A DNA stretch of 64,000 bases from Takakia lepidozioides (Eukaryota; Plantae; Bryophyta). The notes under the pieces are model-generated. The model was not told where the DNA came from. It did no database searches and saw only the letters and a list, made by a program, of their open reading frames with translations. Each line of letters starts with the position of its first letter. The first letter of the stretch is position 1. The translations under genes were made by a program, and so were the position numbers. Below are positions 48,905-59,541 of the stretch, piece after piece. The stretch covers positions 81,220,001 through 81,284,000 of the forward strand of contig CM060731.1 in the NCBI GenBank assembly GCA_030704615.1. Reading direction: 5' to 3'.

Positions 48905-51510
48905 GGAACATAATTAATATATGAATCGAGACGTTTGATTGTTTTGCTTTGTTTTGTAGCGTCGTTGAGATCTCCCAAATCGCGGGGGCCCAGCGTTGGT
49001 GCTTGGTGCCGTTGGAAAGCCCTCGATGAGGAGGGGTGCACCGGCTTGGTCTCATGATTTTTAAACCAGTGGTATGGGAGATGTGGAATTCCAAGTACTT
49101 TGGGTCGCTGAAAATTCGCAAAAAAATAGCAAAGTGGGCTTTCCTAGAGCAATGATTGGCCCTTCACGTAGAAGATTTGGAATTTCAAGTGCTTTTGATC
49201 GCTGGAAATTCCCGAAAAAAAACAAAGTGGATATATCAACATATGAAGCCTCGACAGGGGCAATTGCAAAAATAGCAAAGCGGGCTTTGGGATTGCACTT
49301 GGAATTAGGTGACATTGGACACTAAAGGTCGCACTTGGGCCTCTACATGGGAGACGCACATGGCTACATAGGAGATTGCACTTGGGCCTAGATTTCAATT
49401 CTTCACACACGAGATCTGCATAGAAATATGAATTTATGTTTGCCCAACTAAAGCCTCTTTTCCATCGAACTGTCCACATATGCTTTAAAATCTGGAACCT
49501 CTTGAATGATTTGAGGAATGAATTGCAGATCTTGAGAGATCGTAAAATGCCTCATATGATCGGACAGAACGTACGTGCTGTTTTCCTTTAATTTCTTAGA
49601 CAGATAACTAAAGAATCCATCAATGTCCTCATGAATGTGGCCTACCATAAGAAATCCCATTTGAATCTCCTCAAACACTCCTCTTGCAGTTAAAAGCGAC
49701 AGAAATGCAAGCATCCACCTGTTTTTGTTCTCATTCCCGTAGTTGTCCATCTGGAGGTAGAATCTTCGCGGAAGCAAAACTGCTCATTTCTTCTCCTTTT
49801 CGCCGAAGGCTTTGACAGAGTGTCCAGACACCTAGATTTACCCTTCATGAGAATTTCAAAAAAAGAATTATGAGGTGGGTAGTCAAAGATGTTACTATTT
49901 TCGCGACAAGTTGGCTTCTCTAATTGGCGGAGGCATCTTGCAGCCAGAGACCCAATCGTGAAGTTCGGGTCTCCTGGCCAGAAGTCCAGCAAGTATTGCC
50001 CGTAGGCTCCAATCTCCGTGACCGTGGGTGACCATGCCGCTAAACGAGATTGGAAGCTGACCTAAGCTGAAGACCATCTTGTTTATCATCTGCAACCTTG
50101 GAATAGTTGTCTTATGATGATCCACCTTGTCACATGAATGATGCAGAGGAACTCGGACCGCATCATGGCTGACTCATTCCTCCAGCTATAATAGAATCTC
50201 TTGCAAGACTCCTAATCTGCCTGAGGTGTTTATAAAAAGCTTTCATGTGAGAGACCTGTTCATTGCTCCGTTTGACGGACTTCTTGATAAGGTCTAAGTT
50301 GAGCATCACACACTCTGTGCATTTGGCAAATATGTTTCCACTTTTTCTAACCTCGATATTGGGAAAAATCCGGTGTCCGATTCTGCTGACTGCGGCTTGG
50401 GAGATTGGCTTCAATTCAAAAAAAAAAATTGTCTGCGCCACAAAAAAGAGGAAATGAACCTCGCGCAATCACTCAAGGTTCCATAACGAGACGTCTGAAA
50501 CCCTACGAAGACACAAAATTAGAAAGGTATTAAGAAGAAGAACTTTGAAATGATATATAGAGAAGAATAGTTCATTTCATTACACTTATCTCGAACTTTT
50601 TTCCAATTCAATTCAGGTGGCAGAACTGGAAGTGTATCTCTCCGTCCTTCACCAATACACCGGGTCTTGTGAGGCATGAGATCGGAGTTTCCGTTTACAA
50701 TAGACACTAAGGTAGCATGTGTTGTTGGCCCAAGTGTCCAGTGTCATCTAAGGCCAAGTGCAACTAGGGTAGCATGTGTCATTGGCGCAAGTGTCCCAAG
50801 TGTCATCTAAGTCCATGTGCAATCCCCTATGTATCCAAAGACCCTACAGTTTGGGAGATCTAGGGCAGCCTGTGCCATTGGCCCATATGTGAAGAATTGA
50901 AATCTAAGCCCAAGTGCAATCTCCTTTGTATCCAAGTGCTTCTCCCATGTAGAGGCCCAAGTGTTACCTCCAATGTCCACTGTCATCTAAGTCCAAGTGC
51001 AATCTCCTTTGTATCCAAGTGCTTCTCCCATGTAGAGGCCTAAGTGTGACCTCCAATGTCCACTGTTATCTAAGTCCAAGTGCAATACCCTATGTATCCA
51101 AAGACCTACAGTTAATTGGAGATCTCCATGTCATTGCCCACTTTGGTATTTTTGCAATCTCTCCTGTCGAGGCTTCATATATTGATATATCCACTTTGCT
51201 ATTTTTTGCAAATTTTTAGCGACAAAAAGTACTTGAAATTCCAAATCTCCAACATGAATGGCCAATCATTGCTCCAGGAAAGCCCACTTTGCTATTTTCG
51301 CAAATTTTCAGCGTCCAAAAGTACTTGAAATTCGACATCTCCCACACTGCAAGTCCAAAAATCATGAGACCAAGCCGGTGCACCCTTCCTCATCGAGGTT
51401 TGCCAACGGTACCAAGTATCAGGCCTGGGGGCCCCGTGGTTTGGGACATCTCAATGTCACAACACAAACAATATAAACAAACAAATTACCTTGCTTCATA
51501 TATTGATCCC
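48905..51510. repeat. Long diverged inverted repeats (~48905-49410 and ~50885-51510) with CCAAGTG-rich tandem units (50720-51110, 51540-51725)
   Basis: For example GGTGCACCGGCTTGGTCTCATGATTTTT (49035) versus AAAAATCATGAGACCAAGCCGGTGCACC (51357), and CAAAGTGGATATATCAA versus TTGATATATCCACTTTG. Confidence 0.8.
49425..50707 (-). pseudogene. Degraded DDD/E transposase, Sola-like
   Basis: FAKCTEC, D.MDHHKT.IP, GMVTHGHG, FYLQMDNYGNENKN and FLMVGHIHEDIDGFFS spread across frameshifted ORFs. The superfamily call is tentative. Confidence 0.6.
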
Positions 51511-51949
51511 CCCTGTATCCAGAGACCCTCATGTTTGTAGGGAGATATAGGCCTAGGGTAGCATGTGCCATGGCCCTTTGTGTGAACAATTGAAATCTAA
51601 GCCCCAGCGCAATCTCCTCTGTATCCAAGTGCTTCTCCTTATATGTAGAGGCCCAAGTGTGACCTCCAGTGTCCAATGTCATCTATATCCAAGTGCAATC
51701 CGCTATGCATCCAAACCTTGCAGTTTGGGCAGGGTTGCACACGTCAGTGACGTCATGTCACGTCGGACCTGACGCTGACGCGACCAACGTCACGTCAGTT
51801 TTGCCGAAAAATCAGTAAAACATGAGTTAGGTGAAAAATATGTCACGTAGGTGGACACGTTGTATTCTAGGCGACACCTTGGCAAGTGAATGAATTGTTT
51901 TATAAATCACTCCATCCGCCAATATTTGTAAAATCATTATTGTTAAATT

Positions 51950-52485
51950 GGTGCGACCTCCAAATGGTGGTGGTTGCAGAATTTTTTTATTTTTTAATAG
52001 TTGCGACCACCAGCAGAGGGGTTGTCGCAGCATTTTTGTTTTTTAAAAATAAATGCGACCACCAGCAGGGGTGGCCGTATTTTTTTCTTTTAACGCTACT
52101 GGTGGTCGCACAATTTTTATTTTATTTGTAATAGGTGCGACCACCATCAGGGGGGTGGTCGCAACATTTTTCTATTTTTTAATATCTGCGACCACCAGCA
52201 TGGGGGTGGTCCCAGCATTTTTCAGTGTTTTTAATAGGTGCGACACCAGCAGAGGGGGTGGTCGCAGCAATGTTTTTTATTTTTTATTTTTGAATCTCTG
52301 TGACCACGAGTATGGGGGTGGTCGCAGCATTTTTGTTTTTTTTAATAGGTGCGACCACCAGCAGGGCGGTGGTGGCAACAATTTTCTGTTTTTTAATATC
52401 TGCGACCACCAGCATGAAGGTGGTCGAAGCAGTTTATTTAAAAAAAAAACATGCGACTTCCTCGTGCGGCCTAGAGAGGTCGCAA
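51950..52485. repeat. Array of about 11 imperfect palindromes TGCGACCACCAGCAGGGGGTGGTCGCA with AT-rich linkers
   Basis: Units at ~52002, 52055, 52136, 52187, 52240, 52301, 52350, 52401 and 52452; period about 50 bp. Confidence 0.9.
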
Positions 52486-52544
52486 CATTTCATTCTGAAT
52501 CGTCGATCGTGTGAGGCTTGGAGGCTGGAGGGTATATAAGGTGG

Positions 52545-53320
52545 TTATCAGCTCAAATTTTATCGATGAAACTGGTCAACAACCCTGCTTGATAACGTGC
52601 ATTTTTTCTCTTCCCGCTTGTGTCAACAGATCCCAAAAATTGTTCCCCCGCACGACAGACCAGCATGATATTGAACAGTGGTCGATTAGTAACAGAACTC
52701 CAACCGTCCGCACATATAGTGCTTCCATATTTCCGGAGAGAATCACCTGTCTTTTCATTCACCTTTGGGTGAGGTCAGACATAGCCTCTTCTATCAATCC
52801 TGTGTGGAGATCACGATAACTCGGAGGTGTGTATGTGGACTTGGAATCGGACGTGGCTTTGACAGCAGCCACAAACGCATGAAGCCTCGAGACATTGACG
52901 GAATATTGGCCCTAGAGAAAATTGGGCTCACTTCTTATCTAGAGTCCTCTTGTGCGACAAATTTAAGCCTTATTGCATTGATTGTTGCCTCAATGGTCTG
53001 GTCTGTACAAGTGCTGGCGTACAATCGGGTGTTGCTCCTGACCCACCGGCTTCTCCACGAATAGCAGACGCCTCGCAAGAATCCCCCTGGGTACAACTCT
53101 AAGGGACATTTTGATTCGAACCTGGAGTATTTGGCTCAGAAGCCGCGGCCACATCAAGAGATAGTGGGATATTGTCTCCACATTGGGCAAAGTGGGCTTT
53201 CACTCGCATGGAGGCTTTTGGGCACAAACTAACCCCTGCATTCTTCCCATCTATGTAGCCGAGGTGATATAACATGCGTTCTTTGCGACCCGCCAGCTTC
53301 AATGCACAAAGATTGCATTG
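52545..53320 (-). pseudogene. hAT transposase N-terminal part (BED-finger-like and DUF659-like), inverted
   Basis: CNLCA..LAGRKERMLYHL..GVSLCPK; GSTICADGWSSVTNRPLFNIMLV...FLGSVDTSG. Confidence 0.8.
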
Positions 53321-53574
53321 AACTCCGTCCTTTTTGTGCGGGTCTACGGTGAATCAAAGGATCCACTCCTCCCTCATCCTCACACCCAAAACCCTAACCA
53401 CAGACTTAAGCTTGAACGAAGAACACTAGTGTCATTGGTAGATTTGCCAAGAGCAATAGAAATTGGAACAGAATGCGATGGCCCAAAACTACGGCATCAA
53501 TCGAAGTGGATCAATGCACCATGTAGTATTGTGCTTTTCGACAACTTGTTGTAGTGGCGCTGGTGGAAGCCACA

Positions 53575-55250
53575 ACACGGACAATGCATCTAACATGGTT
53601 AATATGGCTGATATTTTGATGGTACGATATCCCCATCTATATTACCAAGGGTATGCTGCTCATATCTTTGATCTCCTTTTGGAGGATAGGGGAAAAGAAT
53701 CATGGATGAAACAACTAGTAAAAAGGGCAAAGTCGGTTGTGATGTTCATTCGTACACATCACATCCCTCTGGCATTGTTTAGAAAACATGAACCCAAATA
53801 CAGCCTTAGGAACCCGGGTGAAACCCGCTTTGCCACAAAAAATTTGATGGTGGATCGACTGGTGACTGTGAGGGCGGGTCTGGAGCAGGTGATCATTGAC
53901 CCTCAATGGGATGCGTATGTGGGTACCTTACGCGACTCTCGTAAGTCCAAGTTTTTGAGCAAAAGTCGGAGGGTCCGCGCAATCATTCGCTCCGACAATT
54001 TCTGGACGAAATGTGCAAATTTTGTGTACATGGTGGAGCCGGTGTTGATTGCTTTGCGGGAGTTTGATGGAAAACAACCAATAATGGGTAAAACATGGTT
54101 GATATTGGAAAACCTTGAGAAGCACGTGCAATCCTTGAGGCGTCTTCCATTTTCTATGGACGATGATTTGGCGGCAAGGACCGAGGATGCATTTTACGAC
54201 CGCAAACGGATGATTCGCACGGACTTGCATTATGCGGGGGCCTTGCTGAATCCATTCTTGCTGGACAATACGGATTTGAAAGACGATGTGGATGTCAAAG
54301 CAGGGCTTGTACGGGTCATCATGCAACTCGCGCCCTTGAACATGGCAGAGCGAGCTTTGTCCGAGTCCCAGTGCTTCTCGGATCGCCAGAATCCTTTCCA
54401 TGACATGCCGGATCCAAAAGCAATGAACATGTTGCCACATGAATGGTGTGATCTGATTAGAGCTGGAGCAAGAACGTTAGCTCCCATTGCAAAGCGTATT
54501 CTTGCTCAAGTGTGTTCTGCCTCGTCCTGTGAGCAGAACTGGAGTAGTCACTCGTTTGTTCACAACAAGATTCGGAACAAGTTGAATCCTGTCAGGGCTG
54601 ACAAATTGGTTTATGTCTACACGAATTGTAGGCTACTACGAGAGATGACAACAAGTGACGCATCTGCATGGTACGAGAAGAATCTGTTGTCTGAAGAATG
54701 TGCCTCAGAGGACCAATCTAGCAGCAATGATGACACTGACGCCGCGAGGGACTTCGACTCCAATGGTTGGGATGGGTCCGATGATGTGGGCAATCCTCCA
54801 CATGACCCATATGAATTTAATGATGATGATGTTGCAATGTATCCATCATTCGATGACCTTGTTGTTGATGAACTGCGACATGGTGTCATCCCAATTGCAG
54901 ACCCCCTTCCCCCAGTGGAGCACACTCTCAACAATGAAGTTGAGGTCAACTCTCCCCCACCACGAGTTCCACGGACTGCGGGAGATGTGCAGGTCGAATC
55001 GTCGGATGATGACAACCGGCCGTTGTCATTCCTTCACCGACATCGTGCCCCTGTGAACCGTGCTTCATCTCACGCCGCTCCATCTCAAGCCGCTCCATCC
55101 CATGCTGGTCCATCTAGTCTCTCTCCCCCTCATGTAATTCCTTCCATTACTACTCCGATCCTGGGAGATGTTTCTTCTGCTGCGGGACTTCTGCAAGTCG
55201 AACCATCGGATGACGACGACCGGCCATTGTCGTTTCATCTGGCCCGATGA
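53575..55250 (+). pseudogene. hAT transposase C-terminal part (DUF659 end and dimerisation domain, acidic tail)
   Basis: TDNASNM, YAAHIFDLLLED (CxxH equivalent), GETRFAT, LHYAGALLNP, ILAQVCSASSCEQNWS, K.RNKL..ADKLVYV..N. Confidence 0.9.
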
Positions 55251-55959
55251 CGTCCGCATGTAAATCGTGCTCCCTCGACCCTCACTGGTCCATCTCATGC
55301 CCTTTCCTCTTATGTCGGCCCCTCTGATGTACGTGCGAGTAGCCTTCCTCATACGAGACCTGCTCCAAGGCCACCACAAAATCCGAGACAAGCCCAGAAA
55401 CGGCAGAGAATTGTGCAACCTTTTGTTGGTGACCGACCTGGAACAGGCCTGATACCCGTTGTTGTATTTATGATATGAGTGGAAATCGACCAGAGAGACA
55501 ACTGAACGTACTCCGAAATGAAAAAACAGATGGAGATCATGATTCTAGCACTGATCATGAGAACGGGGGTGAAGTGAGTGGGGACGAAGATTTTGTACTA
55601 GGCGTGAGATCATACCATCGTCGTCGTGCCAGACGGAACTAGGTACAACTATAACTGCTGTCACATGATGTGTAGTATGTTTCCATGGATATCCATGTTT
55701 CAATCTGGGTACATGCATACGTGTACGGAAATAAAAATGGTGGAATATATGTACCCAAGAAATGGTTTGGTGGTTGTGCGTGTGTTTGTGTTTCGTCATT
55801 ACCTTTACATTGTTGATTTCCTATTATGATTTCGAAAGCCACAAAGGCCAGATGCAGCTCCCAACATCCATCTTCCCCTTCACAAATCCATGGGGAGTCG
55901 ATACATGTGCTTTTCATCTGCCTCTCCAAACATACATACAGGTGCAAGGACCCAACCTC

Positions 55960-57145
55960 CTGGTGGTCGCACCTATTTTAAAAAATATATTGTGCGACCA
56001 CCAGTAGCGGTCGTCGCAACTGTTAAAAATAAGAAAAAATGTTGCAACCACCCCCCTGCTGGTAGTCGCACCTATTTACTGATTTAATAGTAGTAAGTTA
56101 GTACGTAGTAAGGGGGGGTTTCCCTTATATAGCCTCTCAGGGCGGTGGGACCCTTCTAGAAGCCTGCCAACCCTGGGAGCCTTCTAGAAGGCCTTGGACA
56201 CATGTCAACCCTACATGACTCCATATTCTAAATTTAGCCAATTCCTCCATTCTTTTTTTTGACCCCCTCATTTCATTCTTTAATACACGTGGCCTTCCTA
56301 CATAGGCGCCCCACTCTAATTCCTGGGCCACAGTAATTCCGGGACCACTCTAGAATCAGGGCCCGAATGAAACTGCTCTACATATTATTCGCACCTATTT
56401 AACAAAAAGAAAAATGGTCCGACCACCCCCCTGCTGGTGGTCGCAGCTATTTAAAAATAGAAATTTTTTTGCGACCACCCCCTTGCTGGTGGTCGCCCCC
56501 AAAAGAAAATGGTGCGCGACCACCCCCTGCTAGTGGTCGCAGATTTTTTATTTTTTATTTTTTATTTTTTTTCGGTGGAAACACCTGGGAATGACAGCTC
56601 ACAAATCAGGCCCCTAGTAGTGAGAGGAGAAAATAACCTCTTTCATTTATGCGCCATGAGGCGTAGGAATGGGGCACCACATACGAATGTAACACCCATC
56701 AAGTAGCAAGATTTGACCCCAGAATCGTCCGGGTCGCACTCAGTGCACTTAACCAACTGAGCTACTGATTGTTGGTAGATATTAAAAAATTGGAAAATTA
56801 TGCGACCACCCCCCTAGGACCACCCTCTTGCTGGTGGTCGCATCTATTAAAGAAAATGAAAATAGTGTGACCACCAGCAGGGGGTGGTCGCACCTATTTG
56901 TTTTAAACAAAATTTCTGCGACCACCTCCCTGCTGGTGGTCGCACCTATTAAAAAAAACAATCTGCGACCACCCCCCTGCTGGTGGTCGTACCCATTAAA
57001 AAAATAAAAAAATCTGCGACCACCCCCCTGCTGGTGGTCGCACCCATTAAAAAAATAATTTTTTTGCGACCACCCCCCTGCTGGTGGTCGGATCTAATAA
57101 AGAAAAGAAAAAATGATGCGACAACCCCCTGCTGGCGGTCGCAGC
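55960..57145. repeat. Same palindrome unit, mostly in the opposite orientation (TGCGACCACCCCCCTGCTGGTGGTCGCA)
   Basis: Clusters at 55960-56075, 56415-56545 and 56800-57145. Confidence 0.9.
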
Positions 57146-57549
57146 TATTACTAGCGTGCGCAGTCATGATGACAGCGCGCGCCCCAAGTGTGGAGGGGGG
57201 GCTTATAAGGTCTTGGAGGCCATTTTCTCCCTCACTTTTCTCCACACCAAGACTTGGTGGGCGATGGGATGTTGCATTCTTTGTCATTGAGTCCAAGTGG
57301 AGAGGGGTATTTTGGGTCGTTGGTTTCTACGAAATCGATGCTGAGTACCTCCCGGGAAGCCCTCCTCTGGCACCCACTTTTTTTCATTGCACATTGCGTC
57401 ATATCACTTAGAACTGCGGAGGGAGTGACACGTGCCTCTAGTACTTGGGGAGGATTCATTAGAGAGTAGGATTAGGTACGATTTAGGAGGGTTGGGAGAG
57501 CATTTTTCTTAGCAAACACCTGTCGAGTAGGGGTAAGCCAGAGCCATAA

Positions 57550-58487
57550 ATGGCGGAGGAGGAAGACAGAGGAGGTCATCCCAGGGATGACGATAATGAA
57601 CCTGGACCTCCCAAAAAAAAACCAAAAGGGGCCAGGCGCGAACTTCGTTGGGACATATACAATGACCCCAACATTCTTGCGGAACCAGGTTGGGAAATTT
57701 GGAGGTTGGGGCAGCGGCGGTCTGCAGGAAATTAGTGGACTGATATCACATAAATCGTTTTTGGCCCAGAGATAGGCATGATCCACAAACCAAACAAAAT
57801 CAAGCTAGCTTGCATTCCTGTGCCAACCCGCATTTCTGCCATAGGGCAGATGAGGTACATACAACATTGTGGGGTCAACCGCTCGTCAACAACAAGGTCC
57901 CGTATTTATTTGCGGCCATGTTGTACACAAAGTTGATTTTATTGCGACCAGTGGATTGACAAACTGCCACTGCGAGACAGCGTACTAGACTATATATGTT
58001 CTCTGATATCCCAGACTTGTATATACGTCAGGGGCATGACATCATACGGTTGGATGGAAACGACGAGGTGGAAGAAGGAGGAAAGACATACCAACCTCCA
58101 GATTATACACCGCAATAGGTCTCCGCAGCTGGGCCTTCAACGTCTGAGGTGGAGGGGGGCGAGGTACGCTCTCCGTTGGAGAAACAGTTGGCCGCACATG
58201 AACAACACATCAAGGACCTGCAGGACATTGTTCATTTGCAACGGTGGCAAATAGCGAAGTTGCTGGAAAGAATGGGGTTGGGGACTCTCGACAGCGTACG
58301 CGGTGTGCTTCAGGACCCGAGGCCAATCACTAACGAGCAAGACATATTGGCGCGTTTGAATATGCCACCAATGGACATTAACCGCATCATCGACGGGGTT
58401 GACTCAATTGGGCATGGGAATGAAGTGCAAACGCCTGAACTGGACCCGGCGAGGGTTGAGGAAGAAAGACTTGCGGCAGATGACTAA
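57550..58487 (+). pseudogene. Degraded gene of unknown function with an NLS-like N-terminus and a coiled-coil-like C-terminus
   Basis: MAEEED...PPKKKPK at 57550; LEKQLAAHEQHIKDLQDIVHLQRWQIAKL in ORF 58149-58487; stops and frameshifts between; TATA-like CTTATAAG at ~57202. Confidence 0.4.
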
Positions 58488-59041
58488 TCAGAGCATCCCC
58501 TCGATCGCCACCCTAGTAGGCTCTCGGAGTGGGAAGAAGAGTGACAGTGAGGGCGTTCTTGAAAAATATCGGAGTCCCCATGTCAATGGAATAGGTGGAT
58601 GAAATCATCCAAATCCTTGTATGTAATGAAACCATCCAATTGATGAATGAAATTTTGAATAAAAACATCAAAATTTCATTCATGTAATGAAATAATCCAT
58701 CAGTGGATTTTCATAAGAGTCATGCAAATGACCTTATCTTGGTCAAAGGGAGTTGACTACACCAATCTAAAAATTTAGAGTTGTCTGCATTATTGTTTAG
58801 AGTCATGTGCATGACCCATGATCATGACTCTGTTCCAGTCAAACAATGTTGACCGGGATAGAACCATATGTAGAGATGAACTATCGGCTGTCCCAAGAGT
58901 GGATGTTACTACCAAAACTCCAAAGAAAGACAGTTTGTGTACCATTTCAAAAAGAAACTCATTGCAATCAATTGGGATCTTATGTGACATAATACGAAGC
59001 AGATAGCCATCCAGATTGGAACCGAGGGATTCGGTGCAGGC

Positions 59042-59541
59042 NNNNNNNNNNNNNNNNNNNNNNNNNNNNNNNNNNNNNNNNNNNNNNNNNNNNNNNNNNN
59101 NNNNNNNNNNNNNNNNNNNNNNNNNNNNNNNNNNNNNNNNNNNNNNNNNNNNNNNNNNNNNNNNNNNNNNNNNNNNNNNNNNNNNNNNNNNNNNNNNNNN
59201 NNNNNNNNNNNNNNNNNNNNNNNNNNNNNNNNNNNNNNNNNNNNNNNNNNNNNNNNNNNNNNNNNNNNNNNNNNNNNNNNNNNNNNNNNNNNNNNNNNNN
59301 NNNNNNNNNNNNNNNNNNNNNNNNNNNNNNNNNNNNNNNNNNNNNNNNNNNNNNNNNNNNNNNNNNNNNNNNNNNNNNNNNNNNNNNNNNNNNNNNNNNN
59401 NNNNNNNNNNNNNNNNNNNNNNNNNNNNNNNNNNNNNNNNNNNNNNNNNNNNNNNNNNNNNNNNNNNNNNNNNNNNNNNNNNNNNNNNNNNNNNNNNNNN
59501 NNNNNNNNNNNNNNNNNNNNNNNNNNNNNNNNNNNNNNNNN
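59042..59541. other. Assembly gap (500 N)
   Basis: Run of N; adjacency across it is unverified. Confidence 1.

Larger units (their letters stand above)
51730..57145 (+). mobile_element. hAT transposon region (right end not found)
   Basis: CAGGGTTGCAC putative TIR at 51730 followed by TGACG/CGTCA motifs; transposase; palindrome arrays on both sides. Confidence 0.6.

Noticed and set aside
51950-52485. CRISPR-like array (palindromic repeats with variable spacers), also at 56800-57145
   Set aside because: Repeats are degenerate, spacers are low-complexity A/T tracts, there are no cas genes, and the context is eukaryotic TE DNA.
53547-53556. TGTTGTAGTG as the partner TIR of CACTACAACA at 23341
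   Set aside because: The 3-bp flanks differ (CTA versus GCG), there are no subterminal repeats, and it lies inside the inverted hAT segment.
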